A DNA stretch of 64,000 nucleotides, from positions 1 to 64,000 of IMG/VR virus record IMGVR_UViG_3300012662_000015, one strand, 5' to 3'. A model generated the notes under the pieces. The model saw only the letters and a list, made by a program, of their open reading frames with translations. It searched no databases and had not been told where the DNA came from. A program made the position numbers and the translations under genes. This stretch comes from a virus. Lineage: Duplodnaviria > Caudoviricetes. Shown here piece by piece: positions 35,681 through 46,600 of the stretch. How positions within the stretch are numbered: position 1 is the stretch's first letter; the number at the start of each line of letters is the position of its first letter.

Positions 35681-36142
35681 ATGAAACAAGACAACGTGAA
35701 ACAGCCACGCGACAAGTTAGAGGAAGCCCTTGACGACATTTTGGAGGCCACTCCGGAAGAATATGTTTTTCGTGGGAAGAAACACAAGATGGGCTGGCTC
35801 GGGAATATGACGACAAGGAAGATGACGCATGTCATGCTCAAAGAGAAAGATGAGCATAAGCGCAACATGAAGTTGTGCGCGATTTTGCGCGTTAACAACA
35901 TTTTCGCTTGGTTCAGGCCTTTCGTGTATATGGTGAAATGGCGATGGTACATGTACGTTGCAGACCTAACGGACGTGGAGGCTCTCCGTGTTGTGAACGC
36001 ATCTAAAAAAAAAGTTCCGTTGGCAGCGTCCTTGATTATTACCATATTAGCGACCGCAATGATGGATACGAAGATGGCGAAGACGAAGGACGAAGCAAAT
36101 GCTACCCAAGCCGCACAAGCTGGGGAGCGGCGCACTCGTTAA
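35681..36142 (+). CDS. Tail assembly chaperone (G)
   Basis: Between tube and tape measure genes; contains the A9 slippery run at 36005-36013. Confidence 0.7.
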   Translation: MKQDNVKQPRDKLEEALDDILEATPEEYVFRGKKHKMGWLGNMTTRKMTHVMLKEKDEHKRNMKLCAILRVNNIFAWFRPFVYMVKWRWYMYVADLTDVEALRVVNASKKKVPLAASLIITILATAMMDTKMAKTKDEANATQAAQAGERRTR

Positions 36143-36435
36143 GCGAAAAGTTCCCGTGGTTGTTTGAACGGCGGTTCTTCATCAAGGCGTATGACTACTG
36201 GTACGGATATACGAAAGCGCAAATCGAGCTAATGGCAATAGACCAACCCGTAACCGTATTCCGGAAGGATAAAAAGTGCGGAGAGAACGGTGGCCACACG
36301 AGAGCCGAGATGAAAAAGATAGCCGAGGAGTGGGAAAAGAAACACGGAAAAGCCGGAAGGGTTTCCGAAAAAGTAAATTTGTCAGAATTTTTATCGGGTA
36401 GCAAGGATGACGGCCCGAGCAAAACCAATATCTAA
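36005..36435 (+). CDS. Tail assembly chaperone -1 frame extension (GT)
   Basis: The -1 frame is open from the A9 run to the stop at 36435 and has no ATG start of its own. Confidence 0.65.
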
Positions 36436-36447
36436 AAATCAGACGAC

Positions 36448-39400
36448 ATGGCAGGTGGAAATATGGGCGGCTTGAGTATGACGCTCACGCTCCAATCAAG
36501 GATAGAGGAAGAGACAAGGAAGATCATCAAGGCATTGAATGATGTTGACGCTTCCGGTCAAAAGGCACAGGAAGCGATAAAGCTCATTAGTACAGCGGCG
36601 AGTGGTATTCAGGGTGCGGAAAGTATCAACAATCTAAAGAAAGCCGCCAGAGAGCTTGGAGAACAGGCTGAAAAAGCGGACTCCAAACTGGCCAAAAGTT
36701 TTGAATCTGCCGAGAAAGGCTTTAAAAGAATACAAGCCATAATCAGCTTCATGCAGGAGAAGCCCGGCATGACATTATTCCCAAGCGATGACAAAGGCTT
36801 AAAGAACATAGCTTCTGAAATAGAATCTTTATTCGGGAAGCTCAAGAAAGCAAGAGAGGAAATATCTTTTTACAATTCTGCTATTGGAACAGGCAGAAAG
36901 GAGTACGTCGATTTCGGCCAGCAAGGCTTGAAAGAAGCAAACGCGGAGGCGGAAAGACTTATGCGTACAATTCCCGCATTGCAGAATGTGTATGAGACTC
37001 TAAGGGCAAGTCAAGCAAACGCGAAGGACTTAATTGGAGCAACGCCAGAAAAGCAGAGACAAGACGACATTCAGAAAAGAATGTCTGAGTATTATCGCAA
37101 CCTCGAAAAGACATCCGCGAAGGAAGCCGCGCAAGCTGCGAAAGAAGCGACCCTTGCCGAGAAACAGCGCCAGCAAGAGTTGCGAAACACAGAGCGTCGC
37201 TATGATTCTCTTGGTGACAGAGTGAGAAAATTACGGGCTTCCTACAGCAATGGAATTTCTTTAGGAGCCGATGTGAGTAAGGCGGAAGCGGAGATACATC
37301 GGCTTATTTCCGTTATGCGGTCGTTGCAGGTAATCAGTGCTAATCTAAAGTCTCCTGATTGGAAAAACTATCTTGGCGACCTTGGAAACATTGGAAGCGG
37401 CCATGATGCCACCTTGGCAAGAAGAGCTCTTGAAGACCAGCGCGCGTTAAACGCAGCGCAAGAACAGACGAACAGGAAAGCACAGGAAGGAGTTGACATT
37501 GAGAAGAAAAGGCAACAAGAAATTGCAGCGTCCGCAGCGAAAGTCCGCAACGATTTGGCTTCCGCGTTTTCAGGGGCCAACGCAGAGGCGAGAAAGATGC
37601 AGTCCATCGTTGGCGACATCAAGTCGTTGTTCCTTCAAGGAGGAATTGTCTTCGGTGCCCAGCAATTCTTTAACTCCATCGTACAGACAGGCGGCGAAAT
37701 TGTACAACAGCATATCGCTCTACGTTCCATTCTTGGCGATGTTCAAAAAGCAGACGAGCTGTTTTCTCAAACACAGCAGCTCGCATTGCAGTCTCCGTTC
37801 AAGTTTGGCGAATTGAATCGCGACGTCAAGCAACTTGCCGCATTTGGCGTGGAGGCCGACGACCTTTACGATACCACCAAGAGACTTGCCGATATTGCTT
37901 CTGGTCTCGGCGTGTCGTTTGAACGGCTTGGCTTGGCTTACGGCCAGGTTAAGGCCAGGTCATGGCTTGACGGAAAGGAGTTGCGTCAGTTCGCTTACGC
38001 AGGTCTTCCTCTATTGCAGAAGATAACAGAGCTGTATAACCAAGAAGGCAAGAACGGTAGAAACAATTATACCGCTTCGGAAGTCAAGGGTATGATCACA
38101 AAGCGCGAGGTGAGCTTTGAGGACGTGCAAAAAGTGTTGTGGAAAATGACCGACGAAGGCGGCCAATTCTACAACATGCAGTATGTCTTGTCAGACACGC
38201 TTCTCGGACGATGGAACAAGCTCATCGACGCATGGGACATCATGCTCGGTAAGTTTGCTGACGGCAAAGGCGTTATCGGCGGAACATTCACTTTCATCAT
38301 TGACAGAGTGACTGACCTTGTGCTCGCATTGGACAAGCTTTCTCCCGTAGCCCTTGCAGTCGGCGGTATCTTTGCCGGAAAGAAGATTTACTCAGCCATA
38401 TCTTCCAAGTTCGGCATTGGCTCAAACCTTACGGCGTTGCAAGCTGAGCAACAAGCAAAGATGCGCACATACGCCATCGAGCAGCGCCAGCTCATGATAG
38501 AGGGGCAAATTAGCCGCCAGAAGATGAATCAAAATCTTTCCGAGTATAGAAGCCAGCTCAACAGCAGACTTAACGTCCGCAACGCCGTTGAGCAAGCCGC
38601 AATGGAGGGTAGGCTTAGTATGCTGAAGCTTCAGAAAGCGTACGCGGAAGGCCTTGTCACTCCTCAGTTGCTCAAGCAGCTTGTCATCATGGGCGAAATT
38701 ACAGCCAAACAACAACAAATGATCTTGAACGGCAGTAGATTCGGATTGGTGATGCAGGCGGCAGGTTCAAAGATAAAAGCGGCCTTCGCGGCCATTGGAG
38801 GGTGGTGGACTATTGGCATAGGCGCCGTCCTCGGACTTTGGACCAGCATCTCCGGCGAGATGGACGCCATCAAGCAAAAGGCGGAAAGCCTTCGCGATCC
38901 GAACTCGGAGAGGATGAAGCCCTATTACGACATTCTCTCACAAGACAAGGCGTCGAATGACGTAGAGCTCAAAAAGCAGGTTGAATCCATGAAAGAGCTG
39001 CTCGTCAAAAGTAACGCCTATACCAAGACGATTGATGAGCAAATCACAAAAGCGAAAAGCCTCAATGAGCAATACGACATCCTTCAGCGCGGGGTTGAAA
39101 AAGCGAAGAATGTCGCAGCAGGCGATGCCGACTTAATAGCTGGCGCAATCGGTGCGAGTGGAGGCTGGCACACTGGCAACCCGTTCAATTACACCGTTAC
39201 CGAGAATGTTGAAGGTATGCAGAAAGCGATGGCGGCTTACCAATTGAAACTTTCGTCTCTTGACGAGAATACGAAAAAGCACATGAACAGTGTTGCAAAT
39301 TCGTTCGTTAAAGTATCGGATAGAGGAAAGACGTTAGGGGAAAAATTCAGGATGATCGTCGAAAGCGGTGCTGAAAACTGGGGAAAGTTCAGTTCGAAAA

Positions 39401-42400
39401 TGCTGGAGTGGAATAATCACATGACTAGCTCAATTTACGGCCTCTTTTACACTTCAGAAGATGTAACAGGAACCATAAAAGGTATTGCCGAAGATGACGT
39501 CCCGAGAATTATAAAATTCCTTCAGCAGAAGACTGGGCAGTACGGAGACGACTTCAAGAGACTCTGCATGGAGCAACCGGGACGTTTCAGAACGATGCTT
39601 GAAGAAATTCTCGGCTCTGCCACTGTGCTCGTGCCTGAAATAAACAAAAAGCTCCACGAGCTGACAGGTCTCACGTTCAACGGTAAAAACGCGAGCCCAG
39701 AGAGCACCCCTCTGAACTCAATTCAGAGAAGAGTGTTCGCAAACCTTGGTTTCAACAGAAAAGCTTACGACAAGCTTGCGCCATACCTCACAGACGGCTC
39801 GTACTATGAGAGCAAGAACAATATAAAAAACGAGCTACAGGGGCTTTATAACGAGTATAAGTCAAGACTCAACGGGGGCGCTACAAAACAAGAGATTTCG
39901 TCCGCCAAAGCAAGCTATGATGCACTTTGGAACATCGCGAAGAAAGGAATCGGCTACACTTTCGTCCCGGAAGATAAGAAATCGAACAAATCGCCTAAAG
40001 ATTCCGCCAAGAACAAGGCGGATCAAGAAGCCCGTAAGGCTGACCAGGCCAGCTTGAAGTCCTTGCAAGCAAGACTAAAGCTTATCAAGGACGCTTATTC
40101 CATGTACAAGCAATATTACGACAAGCTTCATGACGAAGTGGCTGCTGCGAAGGTTGTCGCCGGCAAATTCAGAGGGCAAGGGTTATCCAATAATGACATT
40201 ACAAAGATTATGTCAGAAGATGGCCTTAGAAGCCTAATGTCCGACTATGTGGCCCGCGTCAGGAAATGGGTTCCTCGCCAAAAGTCAGAGATGAAGGACA
40301 ACAAGGATTCCGCCATTGCTGAAGGCGTAAGGGAAATCAACGACATTGACTTCAGGAAGATGACGGAAGGAATGTCTGACTTTTCATCTTCGGTTGACAA
40401 GTCTTTGAAAGAAATGGACCGCCGCTGGAAGTCCTACCAAGGCTTTCTGAAAGCAACCGGAAATCCCGCTTTTTCCGCATCCGCATCAGGGCTTTCCTCT
40501 GACAGCAACTCCGTGTACAGGAAAGGCTTTGAAGGCCTTTACTCCGATTATCTGCGCGACTATATCAGCGGTATATCTCCTCACGTAGGCGGCATAAGCG
40601 CAGCGAAGCTAAAAACCATGTCAGACGAGGACATCAAGAAATTCTTAGGAAGCGTGTTTGCGGACAGCGATCCAAAGAAAATCGACGGTTTGACAAGCGC
40701 CTTGAAAAAGTTGCGAGATACAATTGTTGACACTGAAATGCAGGACGCTGTCAACGCTTACATTTCAATGATAGGAAAGGCTGTTGATGAAGCGTCTGTT
40801 GCAGGAAGAGCAAATGGCGAATACGAGACAACGAGAACCAATCTCGACAACGCGCTTTCGACGGGCATTATTGACAAGGCCTCGCATGACGCAGCTGTAC
40901 GGATAGCAGAGGCTGTCCGAGACAACGAGATATTGAAGAGCACAGCGAGTTATGCGGCTTTGTCAAGTTATGCCAACGGAATGGCCGATGACACTTTTGA
41001 GAAAGCTTATGAGGGCGCCTTAAAAAACCTCAAGCAGCAGCTCGATGCGAACACTATTTCTTCGACACAGTATGCGAGCGAGCTGAAAAAACTTGACGAT
41101 ATACAAAAGAAACGCGCTCGGTCTGGGATATTTGGAGGCAACTCATCCAAGGCGGAATTCCTAAAAGGCGGGCTTCCTGGCCTGCTTGGCTATTACAACG
41201 ACAACGCGAATGCGCGTAGAGTGTATCTCAAGGGACAAGGCCTTTCCGCGGAAGATATAGAAAACGATGATATTGTCAAAAAAAATACAAAGCTCGCAAG
41301 CAATGTTGACGAACTCATCACGGAATTTGGTAGCCTTGGCAGCTGTATTGAAGCTATAAACGGAGTATTCAATGGCTTACAACAGGCGACGCAAAGCCTT
41401 TCCGAAATGTTCGATGCGCTCGGAAACGAGTATATGGCGAACTTTTTCTCTGACACAAGCGACGCTATAAGCGCCGTTGGAAGCGTGTTTTCTCCAGTAG
41501 GTGACATTGTCAAAAGTGCAACGAGCGGAGATATTGGGGGCGTTGTTTCTAACGCAATCTCTGCGCCTATCAAGATTTTCACGAATCCGATAACCGCTTT
41601 CGCGAAGTTGCACGACAAGAAACTTGACAGGCAAATCAAGGAGCTTGAGCGTGCAAATAAAAATATTGAGAACGTCAGGAACTCAATTGACAGAAACTTG
41701 CAAAACACGCTCGGAGGCATTTATGCGTACAGAAGCAAACAAAAGGATGCGAATGCTACCGGCTCGTTTGAGTATTACGACCAGATGTATGCTTCATATG
41801 AGCAACAGCTTGCAAACCTTCAAGCACGCAGAGACAAAGAGGACCGCAAGAAGAAGACGGACAAGGGGCAGCTGGCTGACTACGACGCTCAGATAGATGA
41901 GTTATCAGACAAGATCAATACCCTTGCTAAGGATATGGCAAATTCGATCTACGGCATAGACGTGAAGAGTTGGGCAAAAGAGCTTACTGATACACTTGTT
42001 GAAGCTTGGGCTTCTGGCGAAAACGCTGCCGAAGCGTATGGAGATAAGGTTCGCGACATCATGAAGTCTGTCGCCAAGAACATGCTTTCGCAGATGTACA
42101 TAGAACAGTATTTCCAGCCAATAGAAGATCTCATTGAACAGCGCATGAAAGAGCGCAAGGGCAAGCTCCTGCCGGAAGACATCGCTTCGTTTGCCCAGTC
42201 TCTTATGGATGCGTCTTCATTGGCGACAGACGCAATAGACCAGACTCTTGAATACTGGAAGTCGCATGGCTTGGATTTGTCGAACTCCAATTCAAGTAGC
42301 ATGACAAGCTCTATTAAAAGCATCACGGAAAACACCGCTGATATTCTTGCGAGTTATATCAACGCCATGCGGGCTGACGTAAGCGTTCTTAGGCAAGTAC

Positions 42401-42588
42401 AGGGGCTGTATCTCCCTAAGCTGGATGTGACGACGCAAGCCCAGCTGCAACAATTAACGATGATCTCAGAGAACACGTTAAGAAATGCAGATGCGGCAGT
42501 CTCCATACAGACTTCAGTTAGCGATATGCGAGACATGATCAACAGAGCGCAGAACAACACGAAACCGTTTTATGTTTATGTCAAATAA
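36448..42588 (+). CDS. Tape measure protein
   Basis: 2046-aa helical protein with tape-measure domain (SPFKFGEL..DVKQLAAFG...LGLAYGQV). Confidence 0.92.
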   Translation: MAGGNMGGLSMTLTLQSRIEEETRKIIKALNDVDASGQKAQEAIKLISTAASGIQGAESINNLKKAARELGEQAEKADSKLAKSFESAEKGFKRIQAIISFMQEKPGMTLFPSDDKGLKNIASEIESLFGKLKKAREEISFYNSAIGTGRKEYVDFGQQGLKEANAEAERLMRTIPALQNVYETLRASQANAKDLIGATPEKQRQDDIQKRMSEYYRNLEKTSAKEAAQAAKEATLAEKQRQQELRNTERRYDSLGDRVRKLRASYSNGISLGADVSKAEAEIHRLISVMRSLQVISANLKSPDWKNYLGDLGNIGSGHDATLARRALEDQRALNAAQEQTNRKAQEGVDIEKKRQQEIAASAAKVRNDLASAFSGANAEARKMQSIVGDIKSLFLQGGIVFGAQQFFNSIVQTGGEIVQQHIALRSILGDVQKADELFSQTQQLALQSPFKFGELNRDVKQLAAFGVEADDLYDTTKRLADIASGLGVSFERLGLAYGQVKARSWLDGKELRQFAYAGLPLLQKITELYNQEGKNGRNNYTASEVKGMITKREVSFEDVQKVLWKMTDEGGQFYNMQYVLSDTLLGRWNKLIDAWDIMLGKFADGKGVIGGTFTFIIDRVTDLVLALDKLSPVALAVGGIFAGKKIYSAISSKFGIGSNLTALQAEQQAKMRTYAIEQRQLMIEGQISRQKMNQNLSEYRSQLNSRLNVRNAVEQAAMEGRLSMLKLQKAYAEGLVTPQLLKQLVIMGEITAKQQQMILNGSRFGLVMQAAGSKIKAAFAAIGGWWTIGIGAVLGLWTSISGEMDAIKQKAESLRDPNSERMKPYYDILSQDKASNDVELKKQVESMKELLVKSNAYTKTIDEQITKAKSLNEQYDILQRGVEKAKNVAAGDADLIAGAIGASGGWHTGNPFNYTVTENVEGMQKAMAAYQLKLSSLDENTKKHMNSVANSFVKVSDRGKTLGEKFRMIVESGAENWGKFSSKMLEWNNHMTSSIYGLFYTSEDVTGTIKGIAEDDVPRIIKFLQQKTGQYGDDFKRLCMEQPGRFRTMLEEILGSATVLVPEINKKLHELTGLTFNGKNASPESTPLNSIQRRVFANLGFNRKAYDKLAPYLTDGSYYESKNNIKNELQGLYNEYKSRLNGGATKQEISSAKASYDALWNIAKKGIGYTFVPEDKKSNKSPKDSAKNKADQEARKADQASLKSLQARLKLIKDAYSMYKQYYDKLHDEVAAAKVVAGKFRGQGLSNNDITKIMSEDGLRSLMSDYVARVRKWVPRQKSEMKDNKDSAIAEGVREINDIDFRKMTEGMSDFSSSVDKSLKEMDRRWKSYQGFLKATGNPAFSASASGLSSDSNSVYRKGFEGLYSDYLRDYISGISPHVGGISAAKLKTMSDEDIKKFLGSVFADSDPKKIDGLTSALKKLRDTIVDTEMQDAVNAYISMIGKAVDEASVAGRANGEYETTRTNLDNALSTGIIDKASHDAAVRIAEAVRDNEILKSTASYAALSSYANGMADDTFEKAYEGALKNLKQQLDANTISSTQYASELKKLDDIQKKRARSGIFGGNSSKAEFLKGGLPGLLGYYNDNANARRVYLKGQGLSAEDIENDDIVKKNTKLASNVDELITEFGSLGSCIEAINGVFNGLQQATQSLSEMFDALGNEYMANFFSDTSDAISAVGSVFSPVGDIVKSATSGDIGGVVSNAISAPIKIFTNPITAFAKLHDKKLDRQIKELERANKNIENVRNSIDRNLQNTLGGIYAYRSKQKDANATGSFEYYDQMYASYEQQLANLQARRDKEDRKKKTDKGQLADYDAQIDELSDKINTLAKDMANSIYGIDVKSWAKELTDTLVEAWASGENAAEAYGDKVRDIMKSVAKNMLSQMYIEQYFQPIEDLIEQRMKERKGKLLPEDIASFAQSLMDASSLATDAIDQTLEYWKSHGLDLSNSNSSSMTSSIKSITENTADILASYINAMRADVSVLRQVQGLYLPKLDVTTQAQLQQLTMISENTLRNADAAVSIQTSVSDMRDMINRAQNNTKPFYVYVK

Positions 42589-43117
42589 AAAGAATAATCT
42601 TAGCGTCGCCGAGCAGATGCTTAACGACATGCTAAAAGAACGAGCCATACAATTCGGGATGTGTGACCGAGGCAAAAAAGAGTGGAGGGAGCGCAAGTCG
42701 CTCTCCTCCCTCCTTGAAATGTACGTCCAAAACATGGAGTTTATTTTGGATCATCCCGATTATGTTACTAACGAATTTCTTCTGACACATGCAGACGACT
42801 ATACTCTGCATGATCATGGGATATATGTAAACGAACAGTTCTCTATCACCGTTCCGCCCGACTTGATTGTAAGAGGAGAATGTGACGGAGAAGTGTTGTG
42901 CCCCTGTTTTTCCGCGCCAGAAATGTACGTATGCGACAAGAGCAATGTTGATATACATGTCTTATATAACTCAATCTCCTACATACGCATATATGGCCAT
43001 TCAAAAGTGAACATTAAGTGCGAAAAAGGTGGAAAGGCGTTTGTCTATCAATTCGGAGGTTCCGTTATTTATTCCGGAGACGGAAAAGTTTATGTTAGGG
43101 AAAGGCGGCATGAATAA
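42572..43117 (+). CDS. Hypothetical protein
   Basis: 181-aa ORF overlapping the TMP stop. Confidence 0.7.
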   Translation: MFMSNKKNNLSVAEQMLNDMLKERAIQFGMCDRGKKEWRERKSLSSLLEMYVQNMEFILDHPDYVTNEFLLTHADDYTLHDHGIYVNEQFSITVPPDLIVRGECDGEVLCPCFSAPEMYVCDKSNVDIHVLYNSISYIRIYGHSKVNIKCEKGGKAFVYQFGGSVIYSGDGKVYVRERRHE

Positions 43118-43128
43118 TCTATACATCT

Positions 43129-43162
43129 TAATTGCATATTTATGCAATTATTTGTATATTTG
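43129..43162 (+). promoter_or_regulatory. Tail-tip promoter with overlapping 22-bp palindrome
   Basis: TAATTGCATA-tt-TATGCAATTA (43129-43150) overlaps the -33 element; -7 TATATTTG at 43155-43162. Confidence 0.55.
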
Positions 43163-43182
43163 CCACAAATAAACGCGCTACT

Positions 43183-43638
43183 ATGAAATACTATAAGTAT
43201 TACATACAGAAAGAGGCAGACGGATCGCCAGTGAAGGAAACAGCCGAAGACTTCAACATCTACGAGGTGGACAGCAAGTTTTACGGCGGGGCGTCCGCAA
43301 AGGAACTTCCCAAGAGAAACTGGAACGACGAACACGGGGACGATGAGTTCGTCCCCAGCAATCTCATGATGGAGTCTGTTTCGCATTCCGTAAAATTTGG
43401 ATATAAGGGTGACAAATACTCAGCCAACAAAGCCCTAAAGGATTTCATTGATTATCTATCAAATGGCGGATCAATGAAAATCTATGACGAGTACAACAAG
43501 ATAGGCCGTCAGCACGTGCGTTTCAGCTCCGTATCAGACGACGCTGAGCTTGTGCGAAGTGACGAAGGCGATATTCTTATATTTACAGTCAATCTAAAAG
43601 TCAATGACCCCGTGACAGATGTAGTTCTCGGGAAGTAA
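43183..43638 (+). CDS. Distal tail (Dit-like) protein
   Basis: Position after TMP; beta-rich, 151 aa. Confidence 0.55.
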   Translation: MKYYKYYIQKEADGSPVKETAEDFNIYEVDSKFYGGASAKELPKRNWNDEHGDDEFVPSNLMMESVSHSVKFGYKGDKYSANKALKDFIDYLSNGGSMKIYDEYNKIGRQHVRFSSVSDDAELVRSDEGDILIFTVNLKVNDPVTDVVLGK

Positions 43639-43651
43639 CAGAAAATAAAGC

Positions 43652-46600
43652 ATGGCTAAATGGTGCATATACGACAAGAACGGCAATGTGATACACGAGA
43701 GCGTCACGGAGTACAACGGAGATGGGGACGTTGTCGTTCAAGACACTATTGAATATAGCGGGAAATGGATGGGTGAGTGTTATGTCACCGTATCCATAAA
43801 ATCACCATATCCGATAAATTTCCAAATCGGTGATTATATCATATACAGAAACGAGAAGTTTGTTCTTGACGGCGACCCGTCGGTTGTCAAGAAGTCAAGG
43901 CGCGGAACATACGGTGAAGGTTTCGTATACGATAGTATCAAGTTCAACTCCCTGTCTGGCGAGCTTACGCAGATGCGTTTCCACGACTGGGTGCTTTCAG
44001 ACTGTCAGCTGCACTATACATCGTTGCCTTCCTTCTCGTTCTATTGCAAGGATGTTGACGACCTTGCTGACCGTCTTCAGGCCAATACGGACAGATGGTG
44101 CAAGGCCAACGGTTACGCCAAGGAAGACTACTGGGTGTTCTATACGCTTAGAAACAACACAAGCACAGGGACGTCTGACGCCGGCCAATCACAAACCTTT
44201 TACGAGCGCACCTTACAACGCGCCAAAGATATTTCAGATGACGAACAGTTTCTTGCGTCGGTCAAGTCTAACTGGGAGAAAGCTTATGGAATAGGTTCCG
44301 CTTATTCTGACAGCCGAGACGATGAGCGTTATGACAGGACTTTGAGCGCCAGTAGCCAAACCGTTTGGGATATGATGTCCTCCATCAAGCAGCAGTTTGG
44401 TTTAAACTTCATCATCAGAGGCCGCAATGTGTATATTGGTATGTCGGGAATACCGACAGACCACATATTTAAATACGGGAAAGGCAATGGACTATATGAG
44501 GTTGATAAGAACGCGGAGCAAGACCAATCTGTCGTAACAAAGCTTCACGCATACGGAAGCGACCAAAACCTTCCGACACGATACTATGCCGAGATAGCTT
44601 CCGTACCTTACGCAAAGGTGAAATCCATCTACTTGAAAGATGACGTGGACGAGACATCATCTGTAGTCATGGCGCAAGTCATTCTTGATTTGAAATGGTC
44701 GGATAAATACTTTAACAACGTCATAGACCAGTCGCAATCAGATAGTGACGTCTGGCTTGTCGGCCTGCGCGTTAGCGATATTGAAGTAAATGGCAGGGTG
44801 TTTCCGAATGGGGAGGATTTGTACCTGACTGTTGGGTATAACGAAAAATCTTCCGCTCCAGACAATAATGTCGGCAACAAAGAAAATGCGTTGGCGTTTA
44901 TTAGATCGGTTGCTGTCAATGAAACGATAGAGTTCACGAGCGGAGTGAATAAGGACTCATTCCCATCAGACCACAAGAATTACCCGTCTGCGCAAAGCCT
45001 GCCGAACAACATGGCTGTTAACAGTCTTATGCTTCCAGGATTCCCGACCTATGCGCTCTCGGACCTTTGTAAAAGCGAATATGACAGTGAGAAAGACGTT
45101 ACGAGATACTATATCCGTAAGGCAGACAAAGGGGAAGATTGGATAAACTTTCATGAAGAGAGCGGAAAGCATATCGTGACATTCTCTGACAACCGGCACG
45201 ATCCGTATATCCTATCCATGAACGCTGAAAAAATCGGCATCAAGGAAGGTGACATCTCGTGCACGGAGGAGAACGACGACAACGGCCTTGAAAAGGTATA
45301 TCCGACCATCGAGAAGATGACCGGCGTTGACGCAGGCTTGTCTACAACAAGCAGGCTTGATGAAATCGCTGCTGCGGATGTCATAGACGACAACGGAGCG
45401 TTTCCGACGGACTACAAGGAAGAAAACATCAGCGGTTTTAAGGTATACCTTCCAAACCTCGGCTTTGACCTGAGGCAGGCGGCAAAGGATGCCGGTGGGT
45501 CAGATATGAAAATCAGCATGAAGGACGGTTTTTGCGGAGGCCGCACTTTTGACGTTGCGCAGGCAAACTACAAGGAAGGCAAGTGGGTGTTGGACTGCAA
45601 GCGTTCTCATGATGAAGCATTAGACCTGTGGTTTCCATATTCTTACGCCAAGTCTGTAAGCAACGTTGATCCGTCTATGGCTAATGCGTACCAGATACGA
45701 GAGGGAGACCATTATGTCATCACTGGAATTTCGGTCAGCGATGTCAATTATGTTTGGGCCGCAAGCGTAAGACTACTTAGAAAGGCCGTTCATTGGCTAT
45801 GCAAAAACGATTATACAAAAAATACATACTCGCCGAAGATAGACGAGATATATATGGCCCGAGAAGCAGAATCCGCTAAGAAACTCGGGAAGGATAGCCT
45901 TCATGATACCATCAAAGAAGGCGACATGCTTATATTCCAAGATGAAGACTTGTTGCTCGACGGTAAAGTGTTTATCGATCAGCTTGGAATAAAAGAGAAC
46001 GGGAACAACGGGATACCGACCTATGAAGTAACGCTTCGAGACGAGGTTACTATCGGGACCATTGAACGCATACAGAATAAAGTAGATTCAATTGCGAACG
46101 ATGTAAAGACAGGTAACGTCGGAGGCGGTCTCACAAGTGCTTCCCAAGTAGAATCGCTCATCAGGGCATATGGGTCTACGCTCTACCTCTCCAAGCAGCA
46201 GGCGGACACGGCGAAGGGACGCATCACGTTTGAACAGGGGCTCACGTCGGACGGAGACGCGGACATCAATGGAGACGAGAGGGTCGGTGGTGACGAGCGC
46301 GTGGAAGGCAACGCAGAGGTAGGCAAAGACCTCGGCGTGCATGGTGACGCGACTGTTGACGGCAACCTCAACGTGGGTGGCGAGACATATCTGAAAGACC
46401 TCACAGTATCGGGTTCGGCTCACTTCTTTGAGCTTGTGATAGACAAGATCAAGGCGGCTGGCGGCACATACATCTTCTCTGCGGCCAACTCGTTCAATGT
46501 GGACAGGGCGGTTGCCGGCAACAATGTGGTGCGCCTCTACTGGCTGGCCGAGAATGGCGGCAAGGGAAGCATGAACACGTGGGAGGTGGGCGATCAGGCC

